DNA of 64,000 nt. Source: Candidatus Eiseniibacteriota bacterium. GTDB lineage: Bacteria > Eisenbacteria > RBG-16-71-46 > JABDJR01. Below the pieces are notes generated by a model, which saw only the letters and a list, made by a program, of their open reading frames with translations, had not been told where the DNA came from and ran no database searches. The DNA lies in assembly GCA_963762255.1 (NCBI GenBank), contig CAVXKA010000001.1, positions 736,001-800,000 on the forward strand. Reading direction: 5' to 3'. Every line of letters begins with the position of its first letter. Position 1 is the stretch's first letter. A program made the position numbers and the translations under genes. Of the stretch, positions 41,363 to 49,744 are shown one piece after another.

Positions 41363-41998
41363 ATGATCCCTGACCGAGACAAACCCAAAGTTCGCGAGAA
41401 GCTGTCCCGCATGGACAAGCCCGTCACTATTGTTTACTTCACCCAGGAAGACGAGTGCCTCTACTGTCGGGAGACCCACGAACTTCTGGAGGATCTCGCG
41501 GCGCTATCCGAGCACATCAAGCTCGAGGTCTACGATTTCGTTGCGGACGCCGAGAAGGCTCGTGAGTACGGCGTGACCAAGATCCCGGCCATGGTGCTCC
41601 TGGGCGACAAGGATCACGGCATTCGCTACTTCGGCGTGCCGGCGGGATACGAGTTCGCGGGCCTGCTCGAGGATCTGGTCATGGTCTCGAACCGCGACTC
41701 GGGATTGTCCAAGACGTCGCGCGCGCGGCTCAAGGCGCTGAATCAGCCGCTGCACTTGCAAGTATTTGTCACGCCAACGTGTCCGTATTGTCCGGGCGTG
41801 GTGCGGCTGGCGCATCAGTTCGCGCTGGAGAGCGATCACGTGACGAGCGACATGGTGGAGGCCACCGAGTTCCCCGAGTTGAGCAATCGCTATGCGGTGA
41901 TGGGGGTGCCCAAGACGGTGGTGAACGAAATCCCCGCCATGGAAGGGATGGTCGGCGAGGAAGAGTTTCTGGACGCCGTGTTGACGGCAGTGGAGTGA
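41363..41998 (+). CDS. Protein disulfide oxidoreductase (two thioredoxin folds, AhpF N-domain-like)
   Basis: CLYC and CPYC motifs, FGVPAGYEF, MGVPKT; GGAGG SD. Confidence 0.9.
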   Translation: MIPDRDKPKVREKLSRMDKPVTIVYFTQEDECLYCRETHELLEDLAALSEHIKLEVYDFVADAEKAREYGVTKIPAMVLLGDKDHGIRYFGVPAGYEFAGLLEDLVMVSNRDSGLSKTSRARLKALNQPLHLQVFVTPTCPYCPGVVRLAHQFALESDHVTSDMVEATEFPELSNRYAVMGVPKTVVNEIPAMEGMVGEEEFLDAVLTAVE

Positions 41999-42041
41999 GG
42001 AGAGCGCGACAGTGTGCGCTGGCGGCGGTCGCGAGCCGCCG

Positions 42042-43181
42042 TCAGCCCAGCACGCGCTTGAAGTAATCGAGAAGATTCTGCCCCAGGAACCCGGTGAGTT
42101 CCTCTTCGCGCCAGCCGCGCTCGAGGAGGCGGGCGGTGAGGTTAGGGAGCAGGCCCACGTGCTCGAGCCCCATCGGGAAGCGGCGCGCGCCGTCGAAGTC
42201 GGAGCCCAGCCCCACTGCGCCGGTGCCCATCACGCGTAGCGCGTGCTCGACGTGGTCCGCAGCGTCGTCGAGGGTGGCTAGCGACACGTTGCGGCAGTAG
42301 GTGTCGTAGTCCACGTCCGGGACCGCTCCCCAGAGCCGGTCTTCCAGTGGTGTGCCGGGTGGCGTGTAGCCGGTCTCCTGCTTCGCCCGTTCCCACCGTC
42401 CCGCCTCATCCACCAGAAACGGACTGACGAGGCAAACGCTCATCACCCCGCCCTTGTCCGCCAACGCGCGCATCTGCGCGTCGTCCAGGTTCCGGCGATG
42501 GTGATTGATGGCCTTCACCGAGGAGTGGCTCGCGAAGGGGGGCTTCTCGCCGTGGTCGAGCACGTCCCAGAAGGTGGCAGGAGCCACGTGCGAGACGTCC
42601 ACCGCCATGCCGATCTCCTCCATCGTTCCCAGCACGCGGCGGCCCAGGTCGTTGAGCCCTCCGTGCTGGGGGAGCTTCGGGTCCATCGGGCCGCAGCCAT
42701 CCGCCCAGTTGTTGGTGTTGTTCCATGTCAGCGTCATCGCACGGATGCCGCGGGCGTGGAAGCGGCGGAGCGTGTCGAGGGAGTCTTCAATGGCGTGGCC
42801 GCCCTCGATGCTCAGCATTCCGCCGAAGCGGCCGGCGCGCCAGGCGGCTTCGAGATCGCTCCCGCTCTTGCACGCGACGAGGCGGTCGGGGAATCGGCGC
42901 GTTTCCTCTTCGAACCGGTCGATCAGGCGATCCACTTCCGCTGCGGCGCGATCCGGGATGAACTTGGGCGAGACGTAGCAGGCGAAGACCTGCGCCTTGA
43001 GGCCGCCGGTCGCGATCTTCTCCCAGGAGAGGTGGACGTCGTCGGGGGCGCTCCCGAGATCGTAGCCGCGGTCAGCCATCTCGGAGACGGTGTCCACGTG
43101 GGAATCCAAAATGAAGGCGCGGGCGTGAAGCGCCCGCGCTCTCTCTATCGCCTGCTGGCTGGGGGGCTCTGCCGTTGTCAT
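42042..43181 (-). CDS. Membrane dipeptidase (peptidase M19)
   Basis: DSHVD, SIEGG, TLTWN, DVSH, SHS, GSDFDG. Confidence 0.92.
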   Translation of the reverse strand: MTTAEPPSQQAIERARALHARAFILDSHVDTVSEMADRGYDLGSAPDDVHLSWEKIATGGLKAQVFACYVSPKFIPDRAAAEVDRLIDRFEEETRRFPDRLVACKSGSDLEAAWRAGRFGGMLSIEGGHAIEDSLDTLRRFHARGIRAMTLTWNNTNNWADGCGPMDPKLPQHGGLNDLGRRVLGTMEEIGMAVDVSHVAPATFWDVLDHGEKPPFASHSSVKAINHHRRNLDDAQMRALADKGGVMSVCLVSPFLVDEAGRWERAKQETGYTPPGTPLEDRLWGAVPDVDYDTYCRNVSLATLDDAADHVEHALRVMGTGAVGLGSDFDGARRFPMGLEHVGLLPNLTARLLERGWREEELTGFLGQNLLDYFKRVLG

Positions 43182-43206
43182 CGCCCCATGTTAATCGGCG
43201 GCGCGG

Positions 43207-43875
43207 TCAGTCGTCGAGATAGTAGCCGTCGAGCACGATCACCGTGAGGGCGTTCGGGTGTCGGTGATACCGCAAGTGCTGGTGGTATTCGGACACCGAC
43301 CAGAACTCCATGTCGCAGTATGGGTCGTAGAACACGAATCCCTCGGGCGGGGCGTCGCCGAGTTCCAGGCGCAGGGCGAGGCCACCGAGGTAGATGCCCA
43401 GCCCGGCGTGGAAGTAGAACGGGTCGTCATGCACGTAGATCCGTTGGACGTCGCGATACCAGGGACGGACGACGTAACGAGGCGGCGGGCAGGCGCGCAG
43501 GTCGCGATGGCGCACGACGACGCGTTGCCGGCGATCGTAACGGCCGTGGTCGCGATCGTTGTCGCGGTCACGGATGACGATGCGATCGCGGTCTCTGTCG
43601 CGGTCGTTGTCCCGGCCGCGCACGGAGCGGTCGTCTTCGCGGCCTCGAACCGCGCGGTCGTCGCGGCGGTCTTTGCTGCGGTCGTTACTGCGGACGGCCC
43701 GGTCGCTCTTGCGCGCGCGTTCCGGCTTCTTGACGGTGCGCTCCTGGCGTTGGTCATTTTTCCGGCTGCGGCTGTTGTCGGCAGCCTGCGCCGCAGTCGT
43801 GCCGACAGTGCCGGCCAGGACCGCGAGGGCAATAGCGGTGAGCGCGACGCGTTTCAATGAGCTGGGGGTTTTCAT
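43207..43875 (-). CDS. Secreted Arg/Asp-rich protein with C-terminal C2H2-like (D-C-H-H) finger
   Basis: Signal peptide MKTPSSLKRVALTAIALAVLAG..AQA, RD-rich repeats, DPYCDMEFWSVSEYHQHLRYH; GAGGAG SD. Confidence 0.7.
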   Translation of the reverse strand: MKTPSSLKRVALTAIALAVLAGTVGTTAAQAADNSRSRKNDQRQERTVKKPERARKSDRAVRSNDRSKDRRDDRAVRGREDDRSVRGRDNDRDRDRDRIVIRDRDNDRDHGRYDRRQRVVVRHRDLRACPPPRYVVRPWYRDVQRIYVHDDPFYFHAGLGIYLGGLALRLELGDAPPEGFVFYDPYCDMEFWSVSEYHQHLRYHRHPNALTVIVLDGYYLDD

Positions 43876-43967
43876 GGCTCTGTCTCCTCTTCCGGGGCGC
43901 GCTTTGGCCGATGTGCGTGCTTGCCGGGCTTCGCGCGCCGGCCGGTGATGCAACGCAGGGCGTATAG

Positions 43968-43983
43968 AGCAGGAGACGTGCCA
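43968..43983 (-). promoter_or_regulatory. sigma54 (-24/-12) promoter
   Basis: Minus strand TGGCACGTCTCCTGCT with GG-N10-GC spacing, about 90 bp upstream of ATG 43875. Confidence 0.75.
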
Positions 43984-43991
43984 GTGGGGCG

Positions 43992-44021
43992 TGCTCACCC
44001 GGGTGATCACCCGGGTGAGCA
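43992..44021. repeat. Perfect 30-bp palindrome built from two tandem 12-bp palindromes
   Basis: TGC-TCACCCGGGTGA-TCACCCGGGTGA-GCA. Confidence 0.9.
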
Positions 44022-44407
44022 GGGGAAGTCCTTGTTTTGGTTGGACCTATGGGAGGCGGGGTGACGACTTTACCCGGGGAAAGTGGAGGGCGCCGCAGGC
44101 CTCCTGGTGTGTCGCGAGGGGAACAGGGTGGGGCGAGGGAGATCGGCCATGGTCCCTCATGCTCGTCCGGGCCTTCACGCGTTTCCATTCCGAGGCGATC
44201 GTCGCGCCTGCCGTCGCACGGCGTCCCCATCGCGTTACACGGACCCCGCTCGCAGGCTAACACCCGAGGCTGTCATCGCGAATCACCGGAGACGCCGGTG
44301 ACCCGAGAGGGGGGCGGGCGCGGCTATACTGGGCAGGAAGACAGCCCTGAGCGGAGCGATTCGCGGGTCAATGGGGCGTTAGCGCCTGGATAGTTAGGAG
44401 GGCAACG

Positions 44408-44812
44408 ATGGCCAGGATTACCGGAGTCGGCGGCGTATTCTTCAAGAGCAAAGGCGACAGCGCTGCACTGGCAGCGTGGTATCGGAAGCACCTGGGCATG
44501 TCGCTGGAAGACTTTGGTGGCGCCATTCTCAGATGGCCGGACGACAAGGCCGAGGACCGAGGCCTTACTGTGTGGCATGTCGCGGAGAAAGACAGCCAGT
44601 GGTTCAGCCCAAGCAATTCTTCCTTCATGATCAACTACCGGGTCGACAACCTCGGCGAGCTGCTGGAGCAGCTGCGCGCGGGAGGTGTGGAAATCATCCA
44701 AGGACCCGAATCGCACGAGAACGGCAAGTTTGCGTGGATCATGGATCCAGACGACAATAAGGTCGAGCTCTGGGAGCCGAAGGTCTGGGACGACAAGAAC
44801 AAAGGTGTCTGA
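44408..44812 (+). CDS. VOC/glyoxalase family protein (integron gene cassette)
   Basis: RITGVGGVFFK, MINYRV, GKFAWIMDPDDNKVELWEP; attC starts 7 bp after the stop. Confidence 0.9.
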   Translation: MARITGVGGVFFKSKGDSAALAAWYRKHLGMSLEDFGGAILRWPDDKAEDRGLTVWHVAEKDSQWFSPSNSSFMINYRVDNLGELLEQLRAGGVEIIQGPESHENGKFAWIMDPDDNKVELWEPKVWDDKNKGV

Positions 44813-44819
44813 GAGCGCC

Positions 44820-44883
44820 GCCTAACAGCCGGTTGCAGCGGACGGTCCGCTGCGCGGCCCGTCGCTGGGCCGGAGCGTTACCT
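44820..44883 (+). mobile_element. Integron attC site
   Basis: R'' GCCTAAC; imperfect inverted repeat CCGGTT[G]CAGCG[G]ACGG...CCGTCGCTGGGCCGG with extrahelical bases; ends in GTTA(CCT), a degenerate R'. Confidence 0.75.
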
Positions 44884-44991
44884 AGCCCGACTTCTGCGTC
44901 GCGACCTCGTGCGGGCTGCGCACCAGCAGTTGGTGAGCGAGAGGCGGCACCATCGGTCATCTGCACGCTAGAGGAGTTGACGGAGGAGTAG
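44879..44991 (+). pseudogene. Internally deleted PIN/VapC-like toxin remnant
   Basis: YLARLLRRDLVRAAHQQLVSE (resembles the family N-terminus SYL..PSRDL..AAHQQ) is joined out of frame to PSVICTLEELTEE* (resembles the family C-terminus PVICTPEEL). Confidence 0.6.
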
Positions 44992-44993
44992 CC

Positions 44994-45179
44994 CTGCGCC
45001 GAGATCCTATCGTCGAAGAAGTCCGCGTCATCCGCGACGAACTTGCCAAGCGTCACGGCTACGACATCGGCGCCATCGTCCGGGCCCTGCAGAAGGCGTC
45101 CGTGGACGATGGCCGGGAGCTGGTCTCGCTTCCGCTGAGGCCCTTGGCGGAAGAGAACGACGACCGCAAAGCAGGCTAG
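44994..45179 (+). CDS. Small DPIVEEVR-type protein (usual partner of this PIN family), CTG start
   Basis: GGAGGAG SD, 5 nt, then CTG-RRDPIVEEVRVIRDELAKRHGYDIGAIVRALQ...KAG*. Not in the ORF track. Confidence 0.55.
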   Translation: MRRDPIVEEVRVIRDELAKRHGYDIGAIVRALQKASVDDGRELVSLPLRPLAEENDDRKAG

Positions 45180-45310
45180 CGATCGCAGCCGGCCATTCGC
45201 GGTGGGCCTTGGGCCAAGGAGGCGGCGGCCTGACTTCCCGTCGGTTAGTAGGGTGTTCGCCGGACGTTTCCCTCGCGCCGACGCGGTTGCGATGAAAGGG
45301 GGCAAGAGCC

Positions 45311-45640
45311 ATGCAGTTCGGGACTCTGCCATTCACGACGACAGACTGGAAGGCGATGCCGACAACTGAGCACCCCGGGGAATCGGGGGTAGCTCTCTGG
45401 CGGACCGTCGAAGCGGGAGACTTGCGTGTTCGCATGGTGGACTACAGCCCGGGCTATGTGGCGGACCACTGGTGCAGCCGCGGGCATGTTCTCCTCGTGC
45501 TCGAGGGGGAATTGACCACTGAGCTGCAGGACGGCCGGGTTGTCACGCTCACTCCCGGCATGAGCTACCAAGTGGCTCACGATACCGCGCCTCACAAGTC
45601 GCGGACCGAGGTCGGAGCAAAGCTGTTCATAGTTGACTGA
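45311..45640 (+). CDS. DHCW-motif cupin protein
   Basis: YSPGYVADHWCSRGH, GMSYQV. Confidence 0.85.
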   Translation: MQFGTLPFTTTDWKAMPTTEHPGESGVALWRTVEAGDLRVRMVDYSPGYVADHWCSRGHVLLVLEGELTTELQDGRVVTLTPGMSYQVAHDTAPHKSRTEVGAKLFIVD

Positions 45641-45677
45641 TGAGGGGCAATTCGCTCGCGTTCAGGGGGTCCGGCCA

Positions 45678-46049
45678 ATGCCAAAGGTTGTCAACATCGA
45701 CGACTGCTTCAAAAGATTCGCGGACACGTTCTCACCCAAGATCGTGGCCGACCTGAATGGCCAGCACGTCAAGCTCGCACGGCTGGAGGGCGACAAGGTC
45801 CCGTGGCACACGCACGCGAAGGAAGACGAACTGTTCTACGTTCTGGACGGCACGCTCGACATCCAGGACGAGGGCGACATGTTCACGGTGCGCGCGGGCG
45901 AGTTCTACATCGTCCTCCGCGGGAGGAAGCACCGTATTGTTCCCCGCGGACACGTGAAGCTGATGCTGTTCGAGCCGGCGGGCATCGCTCACACCGGCGA
46001 CGCGCGGGCCGAGATCACGCGCGATTCGTGCGATCGGCTGGAGTTGTGA
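45678..46049 (+). CDS. Cupin domain protein
   Basis: SPKIVADLNGQHVKL, WHTHAKEDELF, MLFEP. Confidence 0.85.
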   Translation: MPKVVNIDDCFKRFADTFSPKIVADLNGQHVKLARLEGDKVPWHTHAKEDELFYVLDGTLDIQDEGDMFTVRAGEFYIVLRGRKHRIVPRGHVKLMLFEPAGIAHTGDARAEITRDSCDRLEL

Positions 46050-46083
46050 GGCGGGGGGCCTGGTGCCGCCCGGGAGATCAACG

Positions 46084-46407
46084 ATGCCCAAGACAAAGCT
46101 ACCGCCTGTGACCCCCGGTGAACTCCTGCTCGAGGAGTTCCTGAAGCCTATGGGGATCTCACGGTACCGACTGGCCAAGGAGATCGGGGTGCCTGCCCAG
46201 CGAATCGGTGAGATTGTTGCGGGCAGGCGGTCGATCACCGCAGACACCGACCTGCGCTTGTGCCGGTTCTTCGGCTTGTCGAACGGATACTGGCTTCGCG
46301 CTCAGGCCGCCTACGACACAGAAGTCGCAGCAGACGCGCTCTCGGATACGCTGAGGAAGATCAAGCCCTGGGCTGGTCCTGGTCGGCGGGCGGGTCACGC
46401 GGCTTGA
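46084..46407 (+). CDS. higA: HigA-family antitoxin (XRE HTH), no adjacent toxin
   Basis: PVTPGELLLEEFLKPMGISRYRLAK, ITADTDLRL, WLRAQ. Confidence 0.88.
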   Translation: MPKTKLPPVTPGELLLEEFLKPMGISRYRLAKEIGVPAQRIGEIVAGRRSITADTDLRLCRFFGLSNGYWLRAQAAYDTEVAADALSDTLRKIKPWAGPGRRAGHAA

Positions 46408-46727
46408 CTGTGTAGACTTCGGGGAGTTCGGGGCTGCTCTATGTCCTCAAGAAGTGGTGCGGTCCAGAAGCGACATCGGGACCGGGGGCATGGGCCGGGG
46501 CCGCCCCACAACCAGCTCTGAAGCCTTGTCCTCCCAATCGCTCCTGACTAGATTTCCGAGTCACGGACTTGATGGAGACCCTCTTGGCGTTTCGCCCAAG
46601 GCGATGCTCTTGACGAAAGGCCTGAACCGGACTTTAACTCGGAAGCCATCGACTTCCGAGTAGCTTCTGAGTTGGTTGGCGAGCTTCGACCATCGGGTGA
46701 TCGGAGGTTCCCGTGCAGAAGTCGCAG

Positions 46728-46946
46728 ATGCTGGCGAGCGTCGCGATCATACTGGGCGCACTGGCGCTGCTGCTGAGCTGGGGCGCGACGCTTGCCCTCC
46801 TCGATATCGTGCAGGGAAGAGAGCCCGACCTGTCACTCGAGTGGACCGTCGTCTGGATCGCCTTGCCGGTGATAACTCTGGCACAGGTCGTCTCCATCGC
46901 GGCGCTCGTGACGATGCAGGCATGCCGCACGAGGTCAACCAAATGA
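46728..46946 (+). CDS. Small two-TM hypothetical protein
   Basis: Hydrophobic ORF (ALLDIVQGREPDLSLEW); stop overlaps the next ATG. Confidence 0.5.
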   Translation: MLASVAIILGALALLLSWGATLALLDIVQGREPDLSLEWTVVWIALPVITLAQVVSIAALVTMQACRTRSTK

Positions 46947-47449
46947 GTGTGACGATCTCCCTTTCACAGGTAGTGGCGGGCCTTGAGATGGTCTCCACCG
47001 AATGCACCAGCTATCTCAATCGCCTGACCGGAGAGGTCATCTCCTGTTCGGATGATGAACTTGATGCGGCCGAGGACGAGTCGATGGAGGATGACGCGGA
47101 GCGTCCCGACTGGGAGCAGGGGCTGATCGAGCAAGCACGGGCGGTCATCGCTTCGGACGATTGGGTCGCCCTTCCCGATAGCTTCGAGATCCACGAACAC
47201 CGGATCATGGAGGATTTCGCCGAGTCCCAGTCCGGCAGCCTCCGGGACGAGCTGTTGCGAGCGCTTCGGGGAGCCGGTACCTTCCGCCGGTTCAAGAACG
47301 AGCTTGAGCGCCTGGGAATCCGTGACGAGTGGTTTCGTTATCGTCGGCAGGCCTTCGGGGGAATCGCACGGGATTGGCTGGAAGCCAACGAACTTCCGTT
47401 CGATCCGACGGACGATCCGGACGCGGATGGGGCGCCGGAGGGTAAGTAA
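46943..47449 (+). CDS. UPF0158 family protein
   Basis: YLNRLTGEV, LPDSFEIHEHRIMEDF, GAGTFRRFK, DWLEAN. Confidence 0.85.
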   Translation: MSVTISLSQVVAGLEMVSTECTSYLNRLTGEVISCSDDELDAAEDESMEDDAERPDWEQGLIEQARAVIASDDWVALPDSFEIHEHRIMEDFAESQSGSLRDELLRALRGAGTFRRFKNELERLGIRDEWFRYRRQAFGGIARDWLEANELPFDPTDDPDADGAPEGK

Positions 47450-47488
47450 GGCGATCCGTGCTGTCCCCTCACCCTGGGAGGTTTCACC

Positions 47489-48317
47489 ATGAATCGTGTG
47501 AGCGTGTCGATCGGTGCCATCCTGCTCTCACTTGCGACCCTCCCGATGCGGGCCGGCGCGCAGGAGCCCCCCAAGTCCCATCGTGACCTGGACTGGCAGG
47601 CGCCGCGCCGATGGGTGCACGTGGACAACGTCGACGCGCAGAAGGCATCGCTGTTCGTGGACGCCCGCCTGAGCTGGCTGGCAAAGTTGCGCACCGACGA
47701 CGGGCTCCTCGCCGACGGCAGGCCGCTCTTCTGGCATGCGCGATCTTCGAAGGCCGGCGAGACGTTCTTCTCGTTCTACCCCTTCCGCACATGGACGGAC
47801 CTCGACGCGCGCGGGCAAATGGCCACCGAGACGGTCAAGGTGGTCGGGGAAGACGCCTTGAAGGCATACGACTCGGGTGACGAAGCGCTGGTCTCCCCGC
47901 ATTACTCGCAGATCTGGTCGCGCGTGGCGGAGTACGACATCGCCGTGCCGGCCACCGAGTCCTTGACCGAACTCAGCGCGACGGCGGGCAGGCTCGAAGT
48001 TCATTCGGTAGACATAACCCGGTGGGAACGTCTTCGAGCAGTCGTGGAAGCAGATCACGGACGCGCTTGTCGCCGCCGAGTACCCCCTGGCCTGCCGCGC
48101 CTTCAGGAGCACCTACGGGAAGGGCGAGTACATGATCTGGTGGTTGGCGCCGGACTCCGCCGCGTACATGAGCGCCCCATCGATCCAGGATGTTCTCGAC
48201 GAGCAACTCGGCCCGCAGAAGAGCGCGGAACTCCGCGGGGCCCTCGATGCGGTCTTCCCCGTCGAGGAGTTCTATGAGGTCGAGCGCCGCGCGGACTTGT
48301 CCAACTTGGGCAGGTAA
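47489..48317 (+). pseudogene. Secreted two-domain hypothetical protein with a +1 frameshift near 48027
   Basis: Signal peptide ORF from 47489. Removing one A from TGGGAACGTC gives W-D-V-F-E-Q-S-W-K... continuing into ORF 48132..48317 (ERRADLSNLGR*). Confidence 0.7.
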
Positions 48318-48350
48318 CGCGACCCGCCGCGAGGCAGAAAGGAGATAACG

Positions 48351-48764
48351 ATGATGGAGACCGTCGAGGAAGGGATCCTGAGGCGCGTTAGGGAATTCGA
48401 AGCGGCCTACAACGCGGGAGATGCCGACGCTCTGGCGGCCATCTACGCCGTCGACGGTACGCACACCTATGCGCTTGGCTTCACGCACCGCGGACGGACG
48501 GAGATCGGGAAAGGGCTCAAGGAGCAGTTCGCCGGGCCGTTCAAGGGCACGAAGATGGCCATCACACCGCTCCGTATTCGCGCGCTTTCATCGAGCATTG
48601 GGGTCGAAGAGGCGTCCTTCACCCTCTCGGGTCTCAAGGGCGCGGATGGCGCGGTACTGCCGCCATTCGGCGGATTCTGTCTGGTCGTCTACCAGAAGGA
48701 CGGCGACACCTGGTACGTCGCCGCAGCTCAGTGCATGGTGCCGCCGCCGATGCCGCAGCAGTAG
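48351..48764 (+). CDS. NTF2-like (SnoaL/DUF4440) protein
   Basis: AAYNAGDADALAAIYA.DG, HRGRTEI, VYQKDGDTWY. Confidence 0.85.
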   Translation: MMETVEEGILRRVREFEAAYNAGDADALAAIYAVDGTHTYALGFTHRGRTEIGKGLKEQFAGPFKGTKMAITPLRIRALSSSIGVEEASFTLSGLKGADGAVLPPFGGFCLVVYQKDGDTWYVAAAQCMVPPPMPQQ

Positions 48765-48824
48765 CGATTCCAGGCAGGCCGGATTTGCCGACGGGTGGAT
48801 GTGGTCTTGATTCCCACCTCCGGC

Positions 48825-49235
48825 TCACTTCGCCGGATAGGGCACGAGATGGAGTTTGAGCCACTTCGCCAAGGCCGCCTCGGAAAGGTCGCCCGCCGCG
48901 AGCTTGAGCATCACCGCCACGACTTCGGTCTCCGGGGCCTCAAGGTCGTAATCATTCAGCCCTAGGAAAACGAGCATCGTCAGAAACGCGACTCTCTTGT
49001 TGCCGTCGCGATAGGGGTGATTCCGGGCCAGGCCGAAACCGTGGGTTGCCGCGAGGGTGGCTATGGACGCGTTGCGTCCGTAGACCCAGCGGTGCCGCGG
49101 CCGGGCGAGCGCGGATTCCAGAGCGTTCTCATCCCGGACCCCGAGAAGTCCGCCGTGCGTGCGGATGAGGTCCAAGCGGATAGCGTCCACGATCACTCGA
49201 TCCACCCACACCGGCTCGCGCCGCCCCTTGGGCAT
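48825..49235 (-). CDS. doc: Death-on-curing (Doc/Fic) toxin
   Basis: GVRDENALESALARP and Fic motif HPYRDGNKR. Confidence 0.9.
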   Translation of the reverse strand: MPKGRREPVWVDRVIVDAIRLDLIRTHGGLLGVRDENALESALARPRHRWVYGRNASIATLAATHGFGLARNHPYRDGNKRVAFLTMLVFLGLNDYDLEAPETEVVAVMLKLAAGDLSEAALAKWLKLHLVPYPAK

Positions 49236-49238
49236 GAT

Positions 49239-49466
49239 CTACTTCGCCAACTCCCGCAAGGCGTTCCGATACTTGCGTGCCCCTCGGGCCGCGATGGCCA
49301 GCGCCTTCTCGACCGTGGGGTCGTAGGGAGTCAGAAGGATGCCGCGGTCCGTCTCGATGGCGATGACGCGATCCCCCACCGCGAGGTGGAGTCGGTCCGC
49401 CATTTCCTTGGGCAGGGTGGCGCCTATGGACCCACCGACCTGACGCAGGACGACGTCTCGAGTCAT
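49239..49466 (-). CDS. AbrB/MazE-type antitoxin
   Basis: LRQVGGSIGATLPKE, LTPYDP, YRNALRELAK; immediately upstream of doc. Confidence 0.9.
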   Translation of the reverse strand: MTRDVVLRQVGGSIGATLPKEMADRLHLAVGDRVIAIETDRGILLTPYDPTVEKALAIAARGARKYRNALRELAK

Positions 49467-49506
49467 GCTTCCTCCGGGTTTGCCAGCACAGCCGCCGAAG
49501 GTGACA

Positions 49507-49524
49507 GTAGCACCAGAGTGCTAC
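49507..49524. promoter_or_regulatory. Putative TA operator inverted repeat
   Basis: GTAGCAC-CAGA-GTGCTAC, 40 bp upstream of the antitoxin start. Confidence 0.55.
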
Positions 49525-49543
49525 ATCTGCAAGCTCCAAGGTC

Positions 49544-49694
49544 TACAGCCGCGTGATCCGCACCTCGTCCTGGCCGTCGCGCACGTGCACGAGGTCGCCT
49601 CGGGGGGCGTGACGCAGTGCCTTGATGAGTCCCGTGGTGGAGAACCCCTCGCGGTCATGCGCGGCCAGGATCCGCGCCACCGACTTCACGGGCA
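49544..49694 (-). repeat. Diverged direct-repeat copy of the 3' 151 bp of gene 53638..54156
   Basis: Aligns without gaps to 53638-53788 with 13 mismatches by hand count; includes the stop codon. Confidence 0.92.
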
Positions 49695-49744
49695 TCTAGG
49701 TACATTAGCGATACCCGTTCAGGTTGCGGCTCTGCATGCGCCCC

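Noticed and set aside
44255-44384. Complete 130-bp attC upstream of the VOC gene
   Set aside because: The ends pair (GCTAAC/GTTAGC) but the internal complementary segments are not nested; at best a degenerate relic.
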